Below, piece after piece: positions 9,437-20,567 of a stretch of 64,000 nucleotides of DNA. Where the stretch lies: contig JAWVXD010000007.1 in the NCBI GenBank assembly GCA_033723415.1, positions 60,899-124,898 of the forward strand, in the 5' to 3' direction. Below the pieces are notes generated by a model. It worked only from the letters and a program-made list of their open reading frames with translations, was not told the DNA's origin and made no database searches. This stretch comes from Sulfurospirillaceae bacterium. Its GTDB lineage: Bacteria > Campylobacterota > Campylobacteria > Campylobacterales > Sulfurospirillaceae. The position numbers and the translations under genes are program-made. How positions within the stretch are numbered: the first letter of the stretch is position 1; every line of letters begins with the position of its first letter.

Positions 9437-9497
9437 TTTAACTTGAGCAAAGCCCAAGTTAAATTCCTCTCACTAAAGCTACGCCTTTGGCGAGAAT
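9437..9497 (-). repeat. Two tandem hairpins in the infB-rbfA spacer (REP-like element?)
   Basis: mRNA-strand stems UCUCGCCAAAG/CUUUAGUGAGA (loop GCGUAG) and UUUAACUUGGGC/GCUCAAGUUAAA. Confidence 0.55.
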
Positions 9498-9541
9498 ACT
9501 TTCTCTTCTATTTTCTTTAACTTCTAGACTAATCGCTCTCG

Positions 9542-12181
9542 CTAAAGTGTTGCTTTCTCTTCTACTTCTTTGAAGCTTTCTATGTAATCACCGACTTTTA
9601 TGTCATTGTAGCCATCGATTCCGATACCGCATTCGTATCCTTTAGCTACTTCTCTCACATCATCTTTAAATCTTTTTAGTGATGAAACGGTTCCCTCATG
9701 GATAATCACGCCATCGCGGATCAATCTGACTTTAACGCCTCTATTGATAGATCCGTCCGTTACTATACATCCGGCTATTGAGCCTATTTTTGGAACGCTA
9801 AATACTTCTCTTACTTCAGCTTGTCCTATATTTTCTTCTCTTATTACAGGAGCAAGCATTCCAACTACCAAACTTTTTACGTCATCTATCAAGTCATATA
9901 TAATGTTATAAGTTTTTATCTCAACACCGCTACTTTTGGCTCTCTCTTTGACGCTTCCGGTAGGTCTTACATTGAATCCAAGTATTATACAATTTTCACT
10001 GGCACTTGCAAGAGCTACGTCACTCTCCGTGATACCGCCTATTCCGGAACTGATAATATCAATCTTGGTTTCTTCTGTTTTTATTTTTTCTAATGAGCCT
10101 TTTATCGCTTCAAGTGAACCGCCTGTATCTGCTTTTATAATAACAGGTAAACTTTTTAATGCACCCTCGGCGATCATAGCGCTTAACTCGTCAATAGTTA
10201 CTTTTGTTGATTTTGATAGCTCTTTTTGTCTTAAGTATTCTGCTCTTTTCTTAGCATACTCTCTTGCAATCTTGTCACTAGCGACACTCACAAGTTTCTC
10301 CCCTGCTTCCGGTACTGCGCTAAGACCTAAAACCACAACAGGCTCGCCAGGTTTTGCTTCTTTAACGGCATTTCCTTCATCATCCAAAAGTGCTTTGACC
10401 TTACCGTACGCAACACCTGCAACAACTGTGTCACCTACTCTTAGAGTACCGTTTTGTACAACTACTGTCGATACGGTACCTTTTCCTTTTTCAACGGAAC
10501 TTTCTATAACTGTAGCTTTTGCTTCTTTTGTCGGATCTGCTTTTAGCTCCAATACTTCTGATTGGATCAATAATACTTCCAATAGCTCATCAATTCCCAT
10601 ACCTGTTTTTGCACTTATTCCAACAAATTCATGCTCTCCACCCCAATCAACCGGAGTAATGTCTAGTTCTGCCAATTGTGATTTCACAAGGTCAGGATTT
10701 GCGTTTTCTTTATCCATTTTATTGACTGCTATAACTATAGGTACATTTGCGGCTTTTGAATGTTCTATTGCTTCTTTTGTTTGAGGCATCACACCGTCGT
10801 CTGCAGCGACTACTATAATTACAATATCTGTCACTTCAGCGCCGCGAGATCTCATCTGAGTAAATGCTTCGTGACCCGGAGTATCTATAAATGTTATGTT
10901 TTTACCGTTTTTCTCGACCATGTACGCACCGACATGCTGAGTAATCCCACCGGCTTCACCGCTTGCTACTTTTGAGCTTCTTATATAATCAAGAAGTGAG
11001 GTTTTACCATGATCGACATGACCCATGATGGTGACAACAGGGGTTCTCTCCACTAAGTTTTGCTCTGTGCTATCTTCATATTGTTTTACATAGTCAAATT
11101 CTTCTTGTTCATCTACCGTAGTAACTGAGAGATCAAAAGAGTCTGCAAGTATTTCGATTGCGTCTTTATCTAAAAAGTCATTTTTAGTAACCATTACACC
11201 TAGAGTAAATAATTCTTTTATAACTTCGCCTATCGTTTTATTTATCTTCTCTGCAAATTCATAAACTCTGATATCTTCAGGAATCTCTATAGAATTAACA
11301 ACTTCTACATCTTTTTCTTCCACTCTTCGTCTTCTTCTTTTCTTCGTCTGTCTTTGGATTCCCTGATTTAGAAAGTTAGATTTTTTAGTACTCTTCATTT
11401 GAGAAGGATCGATTTTCTTTTTGTATTCTTCTTTTACTTCTTGCTTGACGGTAAAATCAGGTAACACTACCATCTCTTCTTCGATCTCTAAAGAGATATC
11501 TTTCATCTCCAAGTCTAATTCTAGATTGATTTTTTGATTTTGGCTGCTTTTTTGAGGTAGAGTTTTTTTGACTTTTTTCTTCTTCTTCGGTACTTCCTGT
11601 CCTGAACCGAATACAGATTCTATAGGATTTACTCTTTTTTCCGTATTATATGGAGACTTTTGTGCTACTTTTACATCATCGTCAAAGATCTTCTTGGCTT
11701 CAGCTTTTCGTTCTTCTGATTTTCTATTTTTTTTGACTATTACCAAACCTCTTCTTTTTCTGACATTTGCAGATAAAGAAACTTTCTCTTTTTCTATTTC
11801 TTCTTTAGCCGGAGTTTCCACTTTTGGTTTGCTTACCTCTTCTTTTGCAACTTCTTTTACTTTTATTGCTTGAGGTTTTTCCACAACGGTCTCTGTTTTC
11901 TTCTCTTCTTTGATTTCAACTTTTTGATTAGTAGCAGGTTTAATGGTCTCTTTTTTTACAATTTTAGGCTCTTCTTCTTTCTCAACTTCTTTCACGGAAG
12001 TATTATCAGGAGAAACTTTTTCGCCAGTTAAAATAAAATTTATAAGGCTTTCAGCTTCTTCGGGACTGACACCGCTGGATGCGGCTTTCACGTCGAATCC
12101 CATCTCAACTGCTTTTTCTACTATATCTTTGCTTTTAATTCCCATCTCTTTTGCTATCTCATGTATACGGATCTTACCCAT
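9542..12181 (-). CDS. infB: Translation initiation factor IF-2
   Basis: [33 protein letters not shown]. Confidence 0.99.
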   Translation of the reverse strand: MGKIRIHEIAKEMGIKSKDIVEKAVEMGFDVKAASSGVSPEEAESLINFILTGEKVSPDNTSVKEVEKEEEPKIVKKETIKPATNQKVEIKEEKKTETVVEKPQAIKVKEVAKEEVSKPKVETPAKEEIEKEKVSLSANVRKRRGLVIVKKNRKSEERKAEAKKIFDDDVKVAQKSPYNTEKRVNPIESVFGSGQEVPKKKKKVKKTLPQKSSQNQKINLELDLEMKDISLEIEEEMVVLPDFTVKQEVKEEYKKKIDPSQMKSTKKSNFLNQGIQRQTKKRRRRRVEEKDVEVVNSIEIPEDIRVYEFAEKINKTIGEVIKELFTLGVMVTKNDFLDKDAIEILADSFDLSVTTVDEQEEFDYVKQYEDSTEQNLVERTPVVTIMGHVDHGKTSLLDYIRSSKVASGEAGGITQHVGAYMVEKNGKNITFIDTPGHEAFTQMRSRGAEVTDIVIIVVAADDGVMPQTKEAIEHSKAANVPIVIAVNKMDKENANPDLVKSQLAELDITPVDWGGEHEFVGISAKTGMGIDELLEVLLIQSEVLELKADPTKEAKATVIESSVEKGKGTVSTVVVQNGTLRVGDTVVAGVAYGKVKALLDDEGNAVKEAKPGEPVVVLGLSAVPEAGEKLVSVASDKIAREYAKKRAEYLRQKELSKSTKVTIDELSAMIAEGALKSLPVIIKADTGGSLEAIKGSLEKIKTEETKIDIISSGIGGITESDVALASASENCIILGFNVRPTGSVKERAKSSGVEIKTYNIIYDLIDDVKSLVVGMLAPVIREENIGQAEVREVFSVPKIGSIAGCIVTDGSINRGVKVRLIRDGVIIHEGTVSSLKRFKDDVREVAKGYECGIGIDGYNDIKVGDYIESFKEVEEKATL

Positions 12182-12461
12182 TCGCGCCTAACTCCTTCAA
12201 TATTTTGCCAAAATCTTCAATATTTTCATATCTTATTCTAAATTTATTGTTTAAGATTTTTATTAATCTATTTTTTTCGCTCTCGATGCACTTTGAACAT
12301 ACATAGAAGCTTCTCCCAGCTTTTTGAAAATTTACAAGCTTTTTATTATTTTCTTGAAAGCGGTATAAACCTTTTTGGGGAAATCTGCCTCTGCATACAA
12401 TACACATACGCGTAGCGTCATTTAATTCGCTTATTGTATCAGAATTTATCTGTTTTTTCAC
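12174..12461 (-). CDS. YlxR/DUF448 family protein
   Basis: RMCIVCR...GRSFYVC motif directly upstream of infB. Confidence 0.85.
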   Translation of the reverse strand: MKKQINSDTISELNDATRMCIVCRGRFPQKGLYRFQENNKKLVNFQKAGRSFYVCSKCIESEKNRLIKILNNKFRIRYENIEDFGKILKELGANG

Positions 12462-12474
12462 TTTTACCGCTTTT

Positions 12475-13368
12475 TTAAATGTTTTTTTCTATAGTATAAC
12501 CATTGTTATCAAAATCAAATATTTCAACTCTAAAATCTTGGAACTCCTTCTGTAGTGCATCTTTTATCGCTATTGCATCATCAATATAACACATATTAAA
12601 AAAAGATGATCCACTACCTGATAACGTACTCATAAGTGCACCGTTTTTTAGAGCTGTTTTTTGTACTTTTTTCAATTCCGGCATACTTTCCATCCGTTTA
12701 TCTTGATGAATACAATCTTTTGATCCCAATTTCAGCATTTCCCAATTCTCGCTAAAAAAAGCTGAACTTAAAAATGAGGACCTAGCAACATTATAAACTA
12801 CACTCTGCATAGAAAAGTTTTTCGGTAGCTTACTGCGAGAATGCTCCGTAGACATAGGTTTATCAGGAATTACCATAACTGCTTTTAGATTATCCGGTAT
12901 AACTTTTTTCAAAGAATATACTTCTGAGTTTTCAACTATCGAGCTTACAAAACCCCCATAAACGGCTGGAGATATGTTATCCGGATGAGACTCGTAAAAA
13001 AGTGCTCTATTTAAGATCTTATTTTTGTCTGCTTTCACAAGAGCCATCTCATATGCACTCGCAATTGCACTGACGATGACTGCTGAACTGCTGCCTAGTC
13101 CTCTGGCAAAAGGTATTTGATTGTTAAATTCAAATCTAAAAAAATCTTTTTCACCGCTTAATTCTTGATATACGTCATTAAATATAGAAAGAAACATATT
13201 GTTCTTTTTCAATCTTGTGTTTTTTTCACCTTCACCTTTGATAGAAACACTGTGAAAACTTGATGGTTTTATGATAATTTCATTGTACAAACTGATGGCA
13301 AGACCAAGTGCATCAAAACCTGGACCTAGATTTGCACTTGTGGCTGGTATCTTTATCTTTAAATTCAC
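12475..13368 (-). CDS. thrB: Homoserine kinase
   Basis: PATSANLGPGFD, ARGLGSSSA, HPDN, SGSG. Confidence 0.97.
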   Translation of the reverse strand: MNLKIKIPATSANLGPGFDALGLAISLYNEIIIKPSSFHSVSIKGEGEKNTRLKKNNMFLSIFNDVYQELSGEKDFFRFEFNNQIPFARGLGSSSAVIVSAIASAYEMALVKADKNKILNRALFYESHPDNISPAVYGGFVSSIVENSEVYSLKKVIPDNLKAVMVIPDKPMSTEHSRSKLPKNFSMQSVVYNVARSSFLSSAFFSENWEMLKLGSKDCIHQDKRMESMPELKKVQKTALKNGALMSTLSGSGSSFFNMCYIDDAIAIKDALQKEFQDFRVEIFDFDNNGYTIEKNI

Positions 13369-13382
13369 TAAATATTCCTCAT

Positions 13383-13817
13383 TTATACTGCCGGTAAAAC
13401 ATACAGCGGATCACAATTTGTTGAAAACAAATCTTTTTTTAACACTTCCGGCAATTCTAATTTATTGTCTATTTCATCATCTATTACACTTGTAATGATC
13501 TCTTTATCTTCTTTTATAAAATAAACTTTTTTCATTGCTTTTATGGGCGAGTTGTTATTGAAACAAAAACCATCTGCTGCAAATATATTTATATTCAGGC
13601 TTGTACTTAACGTTTTCAAAAATATATAGGCAACCTTTATAGCCATGAAGCTTCCCGGACCATTTGCAAAAAATATATTTTTAATATCATAATTATCTAG
13701 GATTTTAGAAAATAAGATCGGAAGCATATCACTTGTTTTACCAAATTCTTCATATTTCTCAATCAATCTATCGTTTTGATATATCCCAATCAATAAAGGA
13801 GAAGACAAGGCAATCAC
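13383..13817 (-). CDS. tsaB: Short TsaB-like (glycoprotease family) protein
   Basis: ANGPGSFMAIK motif, position between lpxC and thrB. Start codon uncertain. Confidence 0.75.
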   Translation of the reverse strand: MIALSSPLLIGIYQNDRLIEKYEEFGKTSDMLPILFSKILDNYDIKNIFFANGPGSFMAIKVAYIFLKTLSTSLNINIFAADGFCFNNNSPIKAMKKVYFIKEDKEIITSVIDDEIDNKLELPEVLKKDLFSTNCDPLYVLPAV

Positions 13818-13831
13818 TAAAACATCAACTT

Positions 13832-14716
13832 TTATATAAAAACCTTTTCAAACTCTTTAATAGACTCTTTTGATACTACTTTAAGCTCGTAGTTTTCAGG
13901 GTCTTTGAGTATCTCTTTTGTTAGTCTGTGATTAAGGTTATGACTGCCTGCAAAAGACTCATAATCTCCAATTACAGTAGCACCCAAAAGTGCCAAATCA
14001 CCTATGGCATCCAAAATCTTGTGCCTTACAAATTCATCACGATAGCGCAAACCCTCTGGATTTAATATTTTATTGTCATCCAATACTACCGCATTTTCAA
14101 GTGATCCGCCAAGGGCCAGACCTCTGCTTCTTAAGTACTGTACATCTTTTAAAAAGCCAAATGTACGAGCACGTGAAATCTCTTCTATGAAACTTTTTTT
14201 ACTATATTCAAATTTGTAAGACTGAATTCCTATGACTGGATGATCAAAGTCAATATCAAAACTGTATGTAGGAGTAAGTGATGGTTTAACTCTCGCAAAT
14301 TTTTTACCGTCACTTACTTCAATTTCTCTTTTAATAATCAAAAAGTTTTTATTTTCTTCTAAAACCCTTTTTCCTGCTTCATCTAAAAGCATACAAAAAC
14401 TTGCACTGCTTCCGTCCATAACAGGTATTTCGGCACTGTCTACAACAATTCTTAAGTTATCTATGCCATATGAGTATACGGCTGAGAGTAGGTGTTCAAT
14501 AGTAGAGATTGAATATTCATGATTGCCTATAACTGTAGCCATCTGTGTATTTACTACATTTTCAGGAGTAGCTTTTACGCTCAGTCCGACATCGCTTCTA
14601 TAGAAGACTATACCACTGTCTGACTCTAATGGCTCAAGTGCAATTCTTACAGGTTCGCCTTTATGAAGACCGATACCAATACTTTCTACTCTTTTTGCTA
14701 TTGTAGTTTGCTTCAT
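13832..14716 (-). CDS. lpxC: UDP-3-O-acyl-GlcNAc deacetylase
   Basis: MKQTTI...GIGLHKG, TIEHLLSA, DGSS, HKILDAIGDL. ATG at 14716. Confidence 0.97.
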   Translation of the reverse strand: MKQTTIAKRVESIGIGLHKGEPVRIALEPLESDSGIVFYRSDVGLSVKATPENVVNTQMATVIGNHEYSISTIEHLLSAVYSYGIDNLRIVVDSAEIPVMDGSSASFCMLLDEAGKRVLEENKNFLIIKREIEVSDGKKFARVKPSLTPTYSFDIDFDHPVIGIQSYKFEYSKKSFIEEISRARTFGFLKDVQYLRSRGLALGGSLENAVVLDDNKILNPEGLRYRDEFVRHKILDAIGDLALLGATVIGDYESFAGSHNLNHRLTKEILKDPENYELKVVSKESIKEFEKVFI

Positions 14717-14834
14717 AAAAACTCTATACACAAAAACAAATTACTTCTACCTCACACTTTCTTTATTATTGATTATATCAACTTTATCATAACAAGCAAA
14801 AATAATACCAGATGAAATTATACTATTTTTTATG

Positions 14835-16220
14835 CTAATTTCTATCTATTATTTTTTTTGATGCTGCAATTATATCTGAAATATTTATTTTCATCCATGA
14901 TTTATCCATCCATTCTTCCGGTCTTACTTCTATCCCTTGTATCAAGACACCAAAATGAAGATGATCTCCCAATGCCAATCCTGTTGATCCTGTTTTTGCA
15001 ACTATTTGATTTGGTTTGATCTTGTCTCCCACATTTACTAAAAATCTTGAACAATGTCCGTACAATGTATAAAGACCTAAACCGTGATATATGATCAAAT
15101 TGTTTCCATATATCCCGTTTGGCTGTGCAAAAACAACTGTTCCACTGTTTTTACTTCTGATATTTGCAAATCTGATACTGGCAAGATCGATACCCAAATG
15201 GTATGCCTGACTAACTTCTTGTCCATCATAGCTATAAAAACGATGATCTCCAAAACTTGCAACTGCCGCACTGTTTTTAAGTGGATAAAAAGGGTGTAAT
15301 TTAAAATTGCTGATCATTGTTGTGTCTGTTGGATCTGTTGCTTTGTCGATATTCTTTTCATTGATACTTCTAAGCTTTTCATTTATTGCTTTGAATTTTT
15401 CTATTTTTGAAGCATTTGACAACTCAGGCATGATCTCTGATATGAGATTGCTTATCTTTCCGTCTAAAAATGAATCTTTTAAAGTAAGTTTTGATAATTT
15501 GTATTTTTTGTCTTGTAAAAATAGTCTTACTCTGCTTTTACTTATATTCCCCGCATCATCAGTTGCAACAACTGTCGCTCTAAAGTTTTTACTTTGTACG
15601 GGCCATGCAAGTAATGAAATATAATATCCCTTTTTATAAAATGGTGTCGGGTAGAATTTTTTACCAAAATTTGTCTCAATGTACAGGTCTTTTAAATTTT
15701 CATCTGTTGCCTTGAAAACGACTACTGCCGCTCCACCTTCAGTTATTTTGTATGAATTGGCTATAACATATAACTCAGGTCTTTTTCTGTCTATTTTTAA
15801 ATAAACAACTTTTTTTGCCGTATTGCCGGATAAAAAGTTCCATTTACTTGTATCGGTTACTTGTATCATCAATTGAAAATTTTTCTTTGTGCTAACGAAA
15901 CCTGTTCTTGGAAATGTAATATCAAGACTTTGCGTTTTAGAAATCTTATTATAAACTTTTTTCATAAGGGAAATTGTATTTTTACCATCGCTCAAAGTAA
16001 TTCTGACAAATTTGATACCGCTATCATCGCTCAAATTCAACTTCAAAGGTTTTTGTAAATTCCAATCTATTTTGCTTGCTATATCAATTTTTGGTGCATT
16101 TCTCTCAAACATTGAAGAATTGTATAAATAACCTAATGCACCTATTATGATGATCAATATTACTGCGATTACTATACCCGCTGAACCTCTTCTTGTAGTA
16201 AAAAACTTATTATTTGTCAT
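14835..16220 (-). CDS. M23 family metallopeptidase
   Basis: N-terminal TM anchor; HLGIDL, YGH and GDHLHF zinc motifs. Confidence 0.92.
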   Translation of the reverse strand: MTNNKFFTTRRGSAGIVIAVILIIIIGALGYLYNSSMFERNAPKIDIASKIDWNLQKPLKLNLSDDSGIKFVRITLSDGKNTISLMKKVYNKISKTQSLDITFPRTGFVSTKKNFQLMIQVTDTSKWNFLSGNTAKKVVYLKIDRKRPELYVIANSYKITEGGAAVVVFKATDENLKDLYIETNFGKKFYPTPFYKKGYYISLLAWPVQSKNFRATVVATDDAGNISKSRVRLFLQDKKYKLSKLTLKDSFLDGKISNLISEIMPELSNASKIEKFKAINEKLRSINEKNIDKATDPTDTTMISNFKLHPFYPLKNSAAVASFGDHRFYSYDGQEVSQAYHLGIDLASIRFANIRSKNSGTVVFAQPNGIYGNNLIIYHGLGLYTLYGHCSRFLVNVGDKIKPNQIVAKTGSTGLALGDHLHFGVLIQGIEVRPEEWMDKSWMKINISDIIAASKKIIDRN

Positions 16221-17154
16221 ATTCCATAATCCTTTTTAATATCATAGCTTTTAAGTCTAAAAAACTATCATCTTTGTTTTCAAATCCAGCCGAATTCTTA
16301 TGTCCTCCACCGCCAAATTTCGTAGCAACAGCAGAAATGTCAACATTTTCTTTGCTTCTCATTGAAACTTTAAATCCGCCATGTTTTTCTTCCAAGACCA
16401 TGACCGCAACTTTAACAGTTGCCATATCCCTTAATATATTTATTATATTTTTTGTATCGTATCTTCTCGCACCGGTTTGTGCTAATACCTCTTTATCTAT
16501 ATAAATAAACGCAATTTGTGCATCAAAATGCAATTCAAAATTGTTCAAAATATATGCCAGCAATCTTACTTTTGCCAGTGACTGCCTACTTTTTAAAGAA
16601 CCGGCTATAAAAGATGCACTAGCTCCTAAACTGACTAGTTTAGATGCAGCATCAAAGGTAAATTCATTTAGATTACCGTACGAAAAGAAACCTGTATCTT
16701 CAGCCATTGCCGTATAAAGGCAAGTTGCGCAATCTTTTGATATTTTAATGCCGTTTTTAAGCAATAAATCATAGACAACCAATCCGGCGCTAGAGTGACT
16801 TACGTTGACAAGATTCATGTCTCCAAAGTATTCGCTGGTCTTGTGATGATCTATATTTATCAAAGTATAATCACCCTGATCAATTTTCAATCTATCAAAA
16901 CTTCCACAATCACAGCTAACTACTACGTCAAATCTAGCAGGCGGTTTATCTTTTATTTTATTAATGTTAGGCAAAAAATCATAAATCTTAGGCAACACTT
17001 TTGTTGCATTGTATAAAGATACTTTTTTATTTGATCTTTTTAATGCATCATACATAGCTAACACACAGCCTAGCGTGTCACCATCAGGGTTTACATGCGA
17101 TACCAATAAAATATGCTCTGCGTCAATAATAGTCTGCCAGGCTTTTTTATACAT
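16210..17154 (-). CDS. DHH/DHHA1 phosphoesterase (NrnA-like)
   Basis: HVNPDGD, IDHH, DTG, GGGGH. Confidence 0.92.
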   Translation of the reverse strand: MYKKAWQTIIDAEHILLVSHVNPDGDTLGCVLAMYDALKRSNKKVSLYNATKVLPKIYDFLPNINKIKDKPPARFDVVVSCDCGSFDRLKIDQGDYTLINIDHHKTSEYFGDMNLVNVSHSSAGLVVYDLLLKNGIKISKDCATCLYTAMAEDTGFFSYGNLNEFTFDAASKLVSLGASASFIAGSLKSRQSLAKVRLLAYILNNFELHFDAQIAFIYIDKEVLAQTGARRYDTKNIINILRDMATVKVAVMVLEEKHGGFKVSMRSKENVDISAVATKFGGGGHKNSAGFENKDDSFLDLKAMILKRIMEYDK

Positions 17155-17275
17155 ATAAACTCCATCCGTAAAAGCTTAAAATTATACTTAATTCTTCATA
17201 AAAAGTTATTTAAAAACATCCTGACAAACATTTAATTACATGATATAATTACTGCACTTAGTTCGTGGAGTAAAA

Positions 17276-17965
17276 ATGGAAAATTGCAATGCTTTAGATA
17301 TCTTATCTGACAAAAAAGTACTATACGCAGAAGATGAAGAAGGAATCCGCAGAAATGTTACAGAAGTACTGGAACTGTTTTTCCAAAAAGTAATAGCCGT
17401 AAATGACGGTAAAGAAGCACTGGATGAGATGGTTTTAAATAGTTATGATATTTTAATATTTGATATTTGTATGCCGAATATGGACGGTTTAGAAGCTATT
17501 AAAAAAGTTAGAAAAAACAACAAAAAAATCCCAATAATAATACTTTCAGCACATACGGAACAAGATTATCTCTGGAGAGCCGTTGAGTTAAAAATCACAA
17601 AATATTTAACGAAACCTTATGATAAAGATACTCTTATTGAAGCACTAAAAGCAGCTGCCCTAGAGTTAATTGACAATAATCTTCAAATCAAACTTACAAA
17701 AGAGAGCATTTACAATCCATGTACAAAAAGCGTCTTACACAACTCTGTAGATATAAAACTTTCCAAAAGCGAAAGCAGACTGCTGGAATATCTAATCAAA
17801 AGAGCAAATCAAAGCGTTACCTTTGAAGATATATATGATTATATATGGGAATTTGAAATTCCAAGTAAAGAAGCTATCAAATCTATCATCAAAGAACTAC
17901 GCAAAAAAATAGGAAAAGAGTGCATAAAAAATATATACGGCATAGGATATATGCTTGAAATATAA
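17276..17965 (+). CDS. OmpR-family response regulator
   Basis: Receiver domain (AEDE, FDICMP, KP) plus winged-helix C-terminus (LRKKIG...GIGY). TGATATAAT promoter upstream. Confidence 0.93.
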   Translation: MENCNALDILSDKKVLYAEDEEGIRRNVTEVLELFFQKVIAVNDGKEALDEMVLNSYDILIFDICMPNMDGLEAIKKVRKNNKKIPIIILSAHTEQDYLWRAVELKITKYLTKPYDKDTLIEALKAAALELIDNNLQIKLTKESIYNPCTKSVLHNSVDIKLSKSESRLLEYLIKRANQSVTFEDIYDYIWEFEIPSKEAIKSIIKELRKKIGKECIKNIYGIGYMLEI

Positions 17966-19685
17966 AAATAATTTAAAGTTTTTTTCGGTCAAAACAAAAA
18001 CCATAGTACTGGTATTGGCTATCTATTTCATCCTTTCGGCGATATTCTTTTTCATAAGATATCTAGACATAAAAGATTTTGCCATCTCCAATCAAAATGC
18101 AGAACTTAAAAGAGTTACTCAGGTTTATCAAGAGACTCTTGATAGAACAAAAAAATTCTATACTACCAGAGGATATGCTAATATAAACTCTTTTGGAATC
18201 AAAGAAGCATTTGAAAAAAAAGATGTTATTTCTCTACATAAACTTAGTCTTCCTAGATGGAACATCATAAACAAAGAGAATCCATATCTAAAGTCATTTT
18301 GTTTTTATGACAAAGATGGAAACCTTCTAACATATTTTGGTAAAGAACCTGAGCACAAACTGCCATATACCAAAAGCTTTCCGAAGCCTTATGACGGTTT
18401 TTGGTACAATAATAATACTTTTAATTATCATACGGTCTCAGAAGCTAGAGATAAAGATTCAAAAATCACAGGTTATGTTGTATTTGTTATAGATCCAAGA
18501 TATTTTTTATCTGAGATTAGAAAACTTATCAATATTTTTGCTTTTATAACTTATGAAAAACCTAGTCAAAAAGATTTGGTTTTCATGCTTAAAAATGATA
18601 ATACTACTAAAGATATCATCAAACATAATAGAATAAAAAGTTCTTCTGAAATAAGAACTAATAACGGGATCTTTTTACCTTATATAATAGAAGGCAAAGG
18701 TATAACCAAACAAAACCACTTTCAAATCATATTTTTACAAGATATTCTACATTGGAAAAAAATTCTGCAAAAGGCTATATTGCAAAGTCTTATAGTCATG
18801 ATCATATTAGTACTCATAACAATCATGATCATAAACTACGGCTTTGAGATCATATTAAAAGAGCTAGATGAATCTAATGAAAAATTACGAAAAAGTCAAA
18901 ATGAGCTGGAAGAATTAAACAAAAACCTTCAAATCAAGATAGAAGAAGAGATACAATTGAAGCTTATCAAAGAGAGAGAAGCAAATGAAAAAGAGAGGAT
19001 ATTGGCTCATCAAAGCAAACTGGCAAGCATGGGAGAGATGATAGGCAATATCGCTCATCAATGGAGACAGCCTTTGACCGAACTCTCCTCCATATTGATC
19101 AATATGGAATTGCATTTTGAACGAGATAAACTGACAAAAGAAAAATTTCACACAAAGGTGCAAGAGGCAAATGAACAGATAGTATTTATGTCAAAGACCA
19201 TAGATGATTTTAGAAACTTTTTTTCTTCAGGCAAGAAAAAAGAGACGACAAAGATATCCACTATCATAAATAAAGTAAACAATCTCATGAATGCATCTTT
19301 AAAAAATAATAATATAAATTTTAAGATAGAAATAATAGATGATTTTGAAGTCTACTGCTATCCGAACGAGATATCTCAAGCACTTCTAAACATAATCAGC
19401 AATGCCAAAGATATCATGCTTGAAAATACTATAAACAATGCCAAAATCTCAATTAAGGCATTTACAAAAGGAGAAAAACACATAGTTACCATAGAAGACA
19501 ATGCCGGTGGAATAAAAGTCACTCCTATAGATAAGATTTTTGAACCTTACTTTAGTACAAAACACGCTAAAAGCGGAACCGGTATCGGTCTTTACATGAC
19601 AAAGACAATAATCGAAAAAAACAATAACGGCAAAATCGAGATAGCAAACTCACCTACAGGAGCTATTTTTACTATAATTCTCTAA
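17955..19685 (+). CDS. Sensor histidine kinase with periplasmic (Cache-like) domain
   Basis: Two TM segments, H-box IAHQWRQPL, DNAGG, FEPYFSTK, GTGIGL. Confidence 0.93.
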   Translation: MKYKNNLKFFSVKTKTIVLVLAIYFILSAIFFFIRYLDIKDFAISNQNAELKRVTQVYQETLDRTKKFYTTRGYANINSFGIKEAFEKKDVISLHKLSLPRWNIINKENPYLKSFCFYDKDGNLLTYFGKEPEHKLPYTKSFPKPYDGFWYNNNTFNYHTVSEARDKDSKITGYVVFVIDPRYFLSEIRKLINIFAFITYEKPSQKDLVFMLKNDNTTKDIIKHNRIKSSSEIRTNNGIFLPYIIEGKGITKQNHFQIIFLQDILHWKKILQKAILQSLIVMIILVLITIMIINYGFEIILKELDESNEKLRKSQNELEELNKNLQIKIEEEIQLKLIKEREANEKERILAHQSKLASMGEMIGNIAHQWRQPLTELSSILINMELHFERDKLTKEKFHTKVQEANEQIVFMSKTIDDFRNFFSSGKKKETTKISTIINKVNNLMNASLKNNNINFKIEIIDDFEVYCYPNEISQALLNIISNAKDIMLENTINNAKISIKAFTKGEKHIVTIEDNAGGIKVTPIDKIFEPYFSTKHAKSGTGIGLYMTKTIIEKNNNGKIEIANSPTGAIFTIIL

Positions 19686-19699
19686 AATCATTCAAAATC

Positions 19700-19732
19700 T
19701 TCTCCCTATTTCCCCCTTTTGTGTCGTTATAC
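19700..19732 (+). promoter_or_regulatory. Direct repeat TTCTCCCTAT/TTCCCCCTTT plus -10-like TATACT upstream of ttrB
   Basis: 10-bp-period direct repeat immediately upstream of the -10 hexamer. Confidence 0.45.
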
Positions 19733-19757
19733 TTCTCTTAAATTAAAAGGAGTAAGT

Positions 19758-20567
19758 ATGGACACTAAAGACAATTCAAGAAGAGGTTTCTTGAAAAAAG
19801 GTCTTGCGTCTACGGCTTTCGCTATGATTGCCGCAACAGGTGCAGAAGCCTTTTCTCTAAAGATCCCTGGGCGTGATGAGAAAGATCCTAAACATATAGG
19901 TCAAGTAGGAAAACACTTTGTAATGGTTCTAGATTTGCGAAAATGTATAGGCTGTCAAGCTTGTACCTCTGTTTGTAAAGTAGAAAATGAAGTTCCTCAT
20001 GACCAGTACAGAACTTTTGTGACCGAAACGGAAATGGGAGAATTCCCCGATGTCAGAAAGGGATTTCTACCACAACTTTGCAATCACTGTAACAATCCTG
20101 CCTGCGTTCCGGTATGTCCGACAGGGGCTACATTCAAAAGAGAAGACGGTATCGTAGTAGTAGATAACGAGATCTGCTGGGGATGCGGATATTGTATCAG
20201 TGCTTGTCCTTATGACAAAAGATACTTTAACAAACGAACCAAAACGGCCGACAAATGTAACTTTTGTGCCCAAAGAGTCGATAAAGGCTTGATGCCGGCA
20301 TGTGTCGAAACCTGCGTAGGCGGAGCGAGAGTTTTTGGTGATGCCAATGACAAAAACTCTGATGTACATAAATTGTTAAGTAATTTCTCGACCACGGTTT
20401 TGAAAGAAGCACAAGGTACAAATCCTCAGACATTCTACATCAATTTGGATTCCAAAATTGAAGAACTCTTTTCAACCACTCAAAGCTTAGATGACATCGT
20501 AAAAGCAGAAGAGGGATTTAAATTAGAGTGGGCAAAAACTAGAGCGGAGGCACATAATCATGGATAA
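19758..20567 (+). CDS. ttrB: Tetrathionate reductase-like Fe-S subunit
   Basis: ATG at 19758 after AGGAG. Tat signal SRRGFLK; four CxxC-type Fe-S motifs (CIGCQAC, CNHC, CWGCGYC, CNFC). Confidence 0.85.
   Translation: MDTKDNSRRGFLKKGLASTAFAMIAATGAEAFSLKIPGRDEKDPKHIGQVGKHFVMVLDLRKCIGCQACTSVCKVENEVPHDQYRTFVTETEMGEFPDVRKGFLPQLCNHCNNPACVPVCPTGATFKREDGIVVVDNEICWGCGYCISACPYDKRYFNKRTKTADKCNFCAQRVDKGLMPACVETCVGGARVFGDANDKNSDVHKLLSNFSTTVLKEAQGTNPQTFYINLDSKIEELFSTTQSLDDIVKAEEGFKLEWAKTRAEAHNHG

Noticed and set aside
9936..10784. 282-aa ORF antisense to infB
   Set aside because: Typical antisense open frame of a conserved gene; Ser/Thr/Ala-rich with no recognisable domain.
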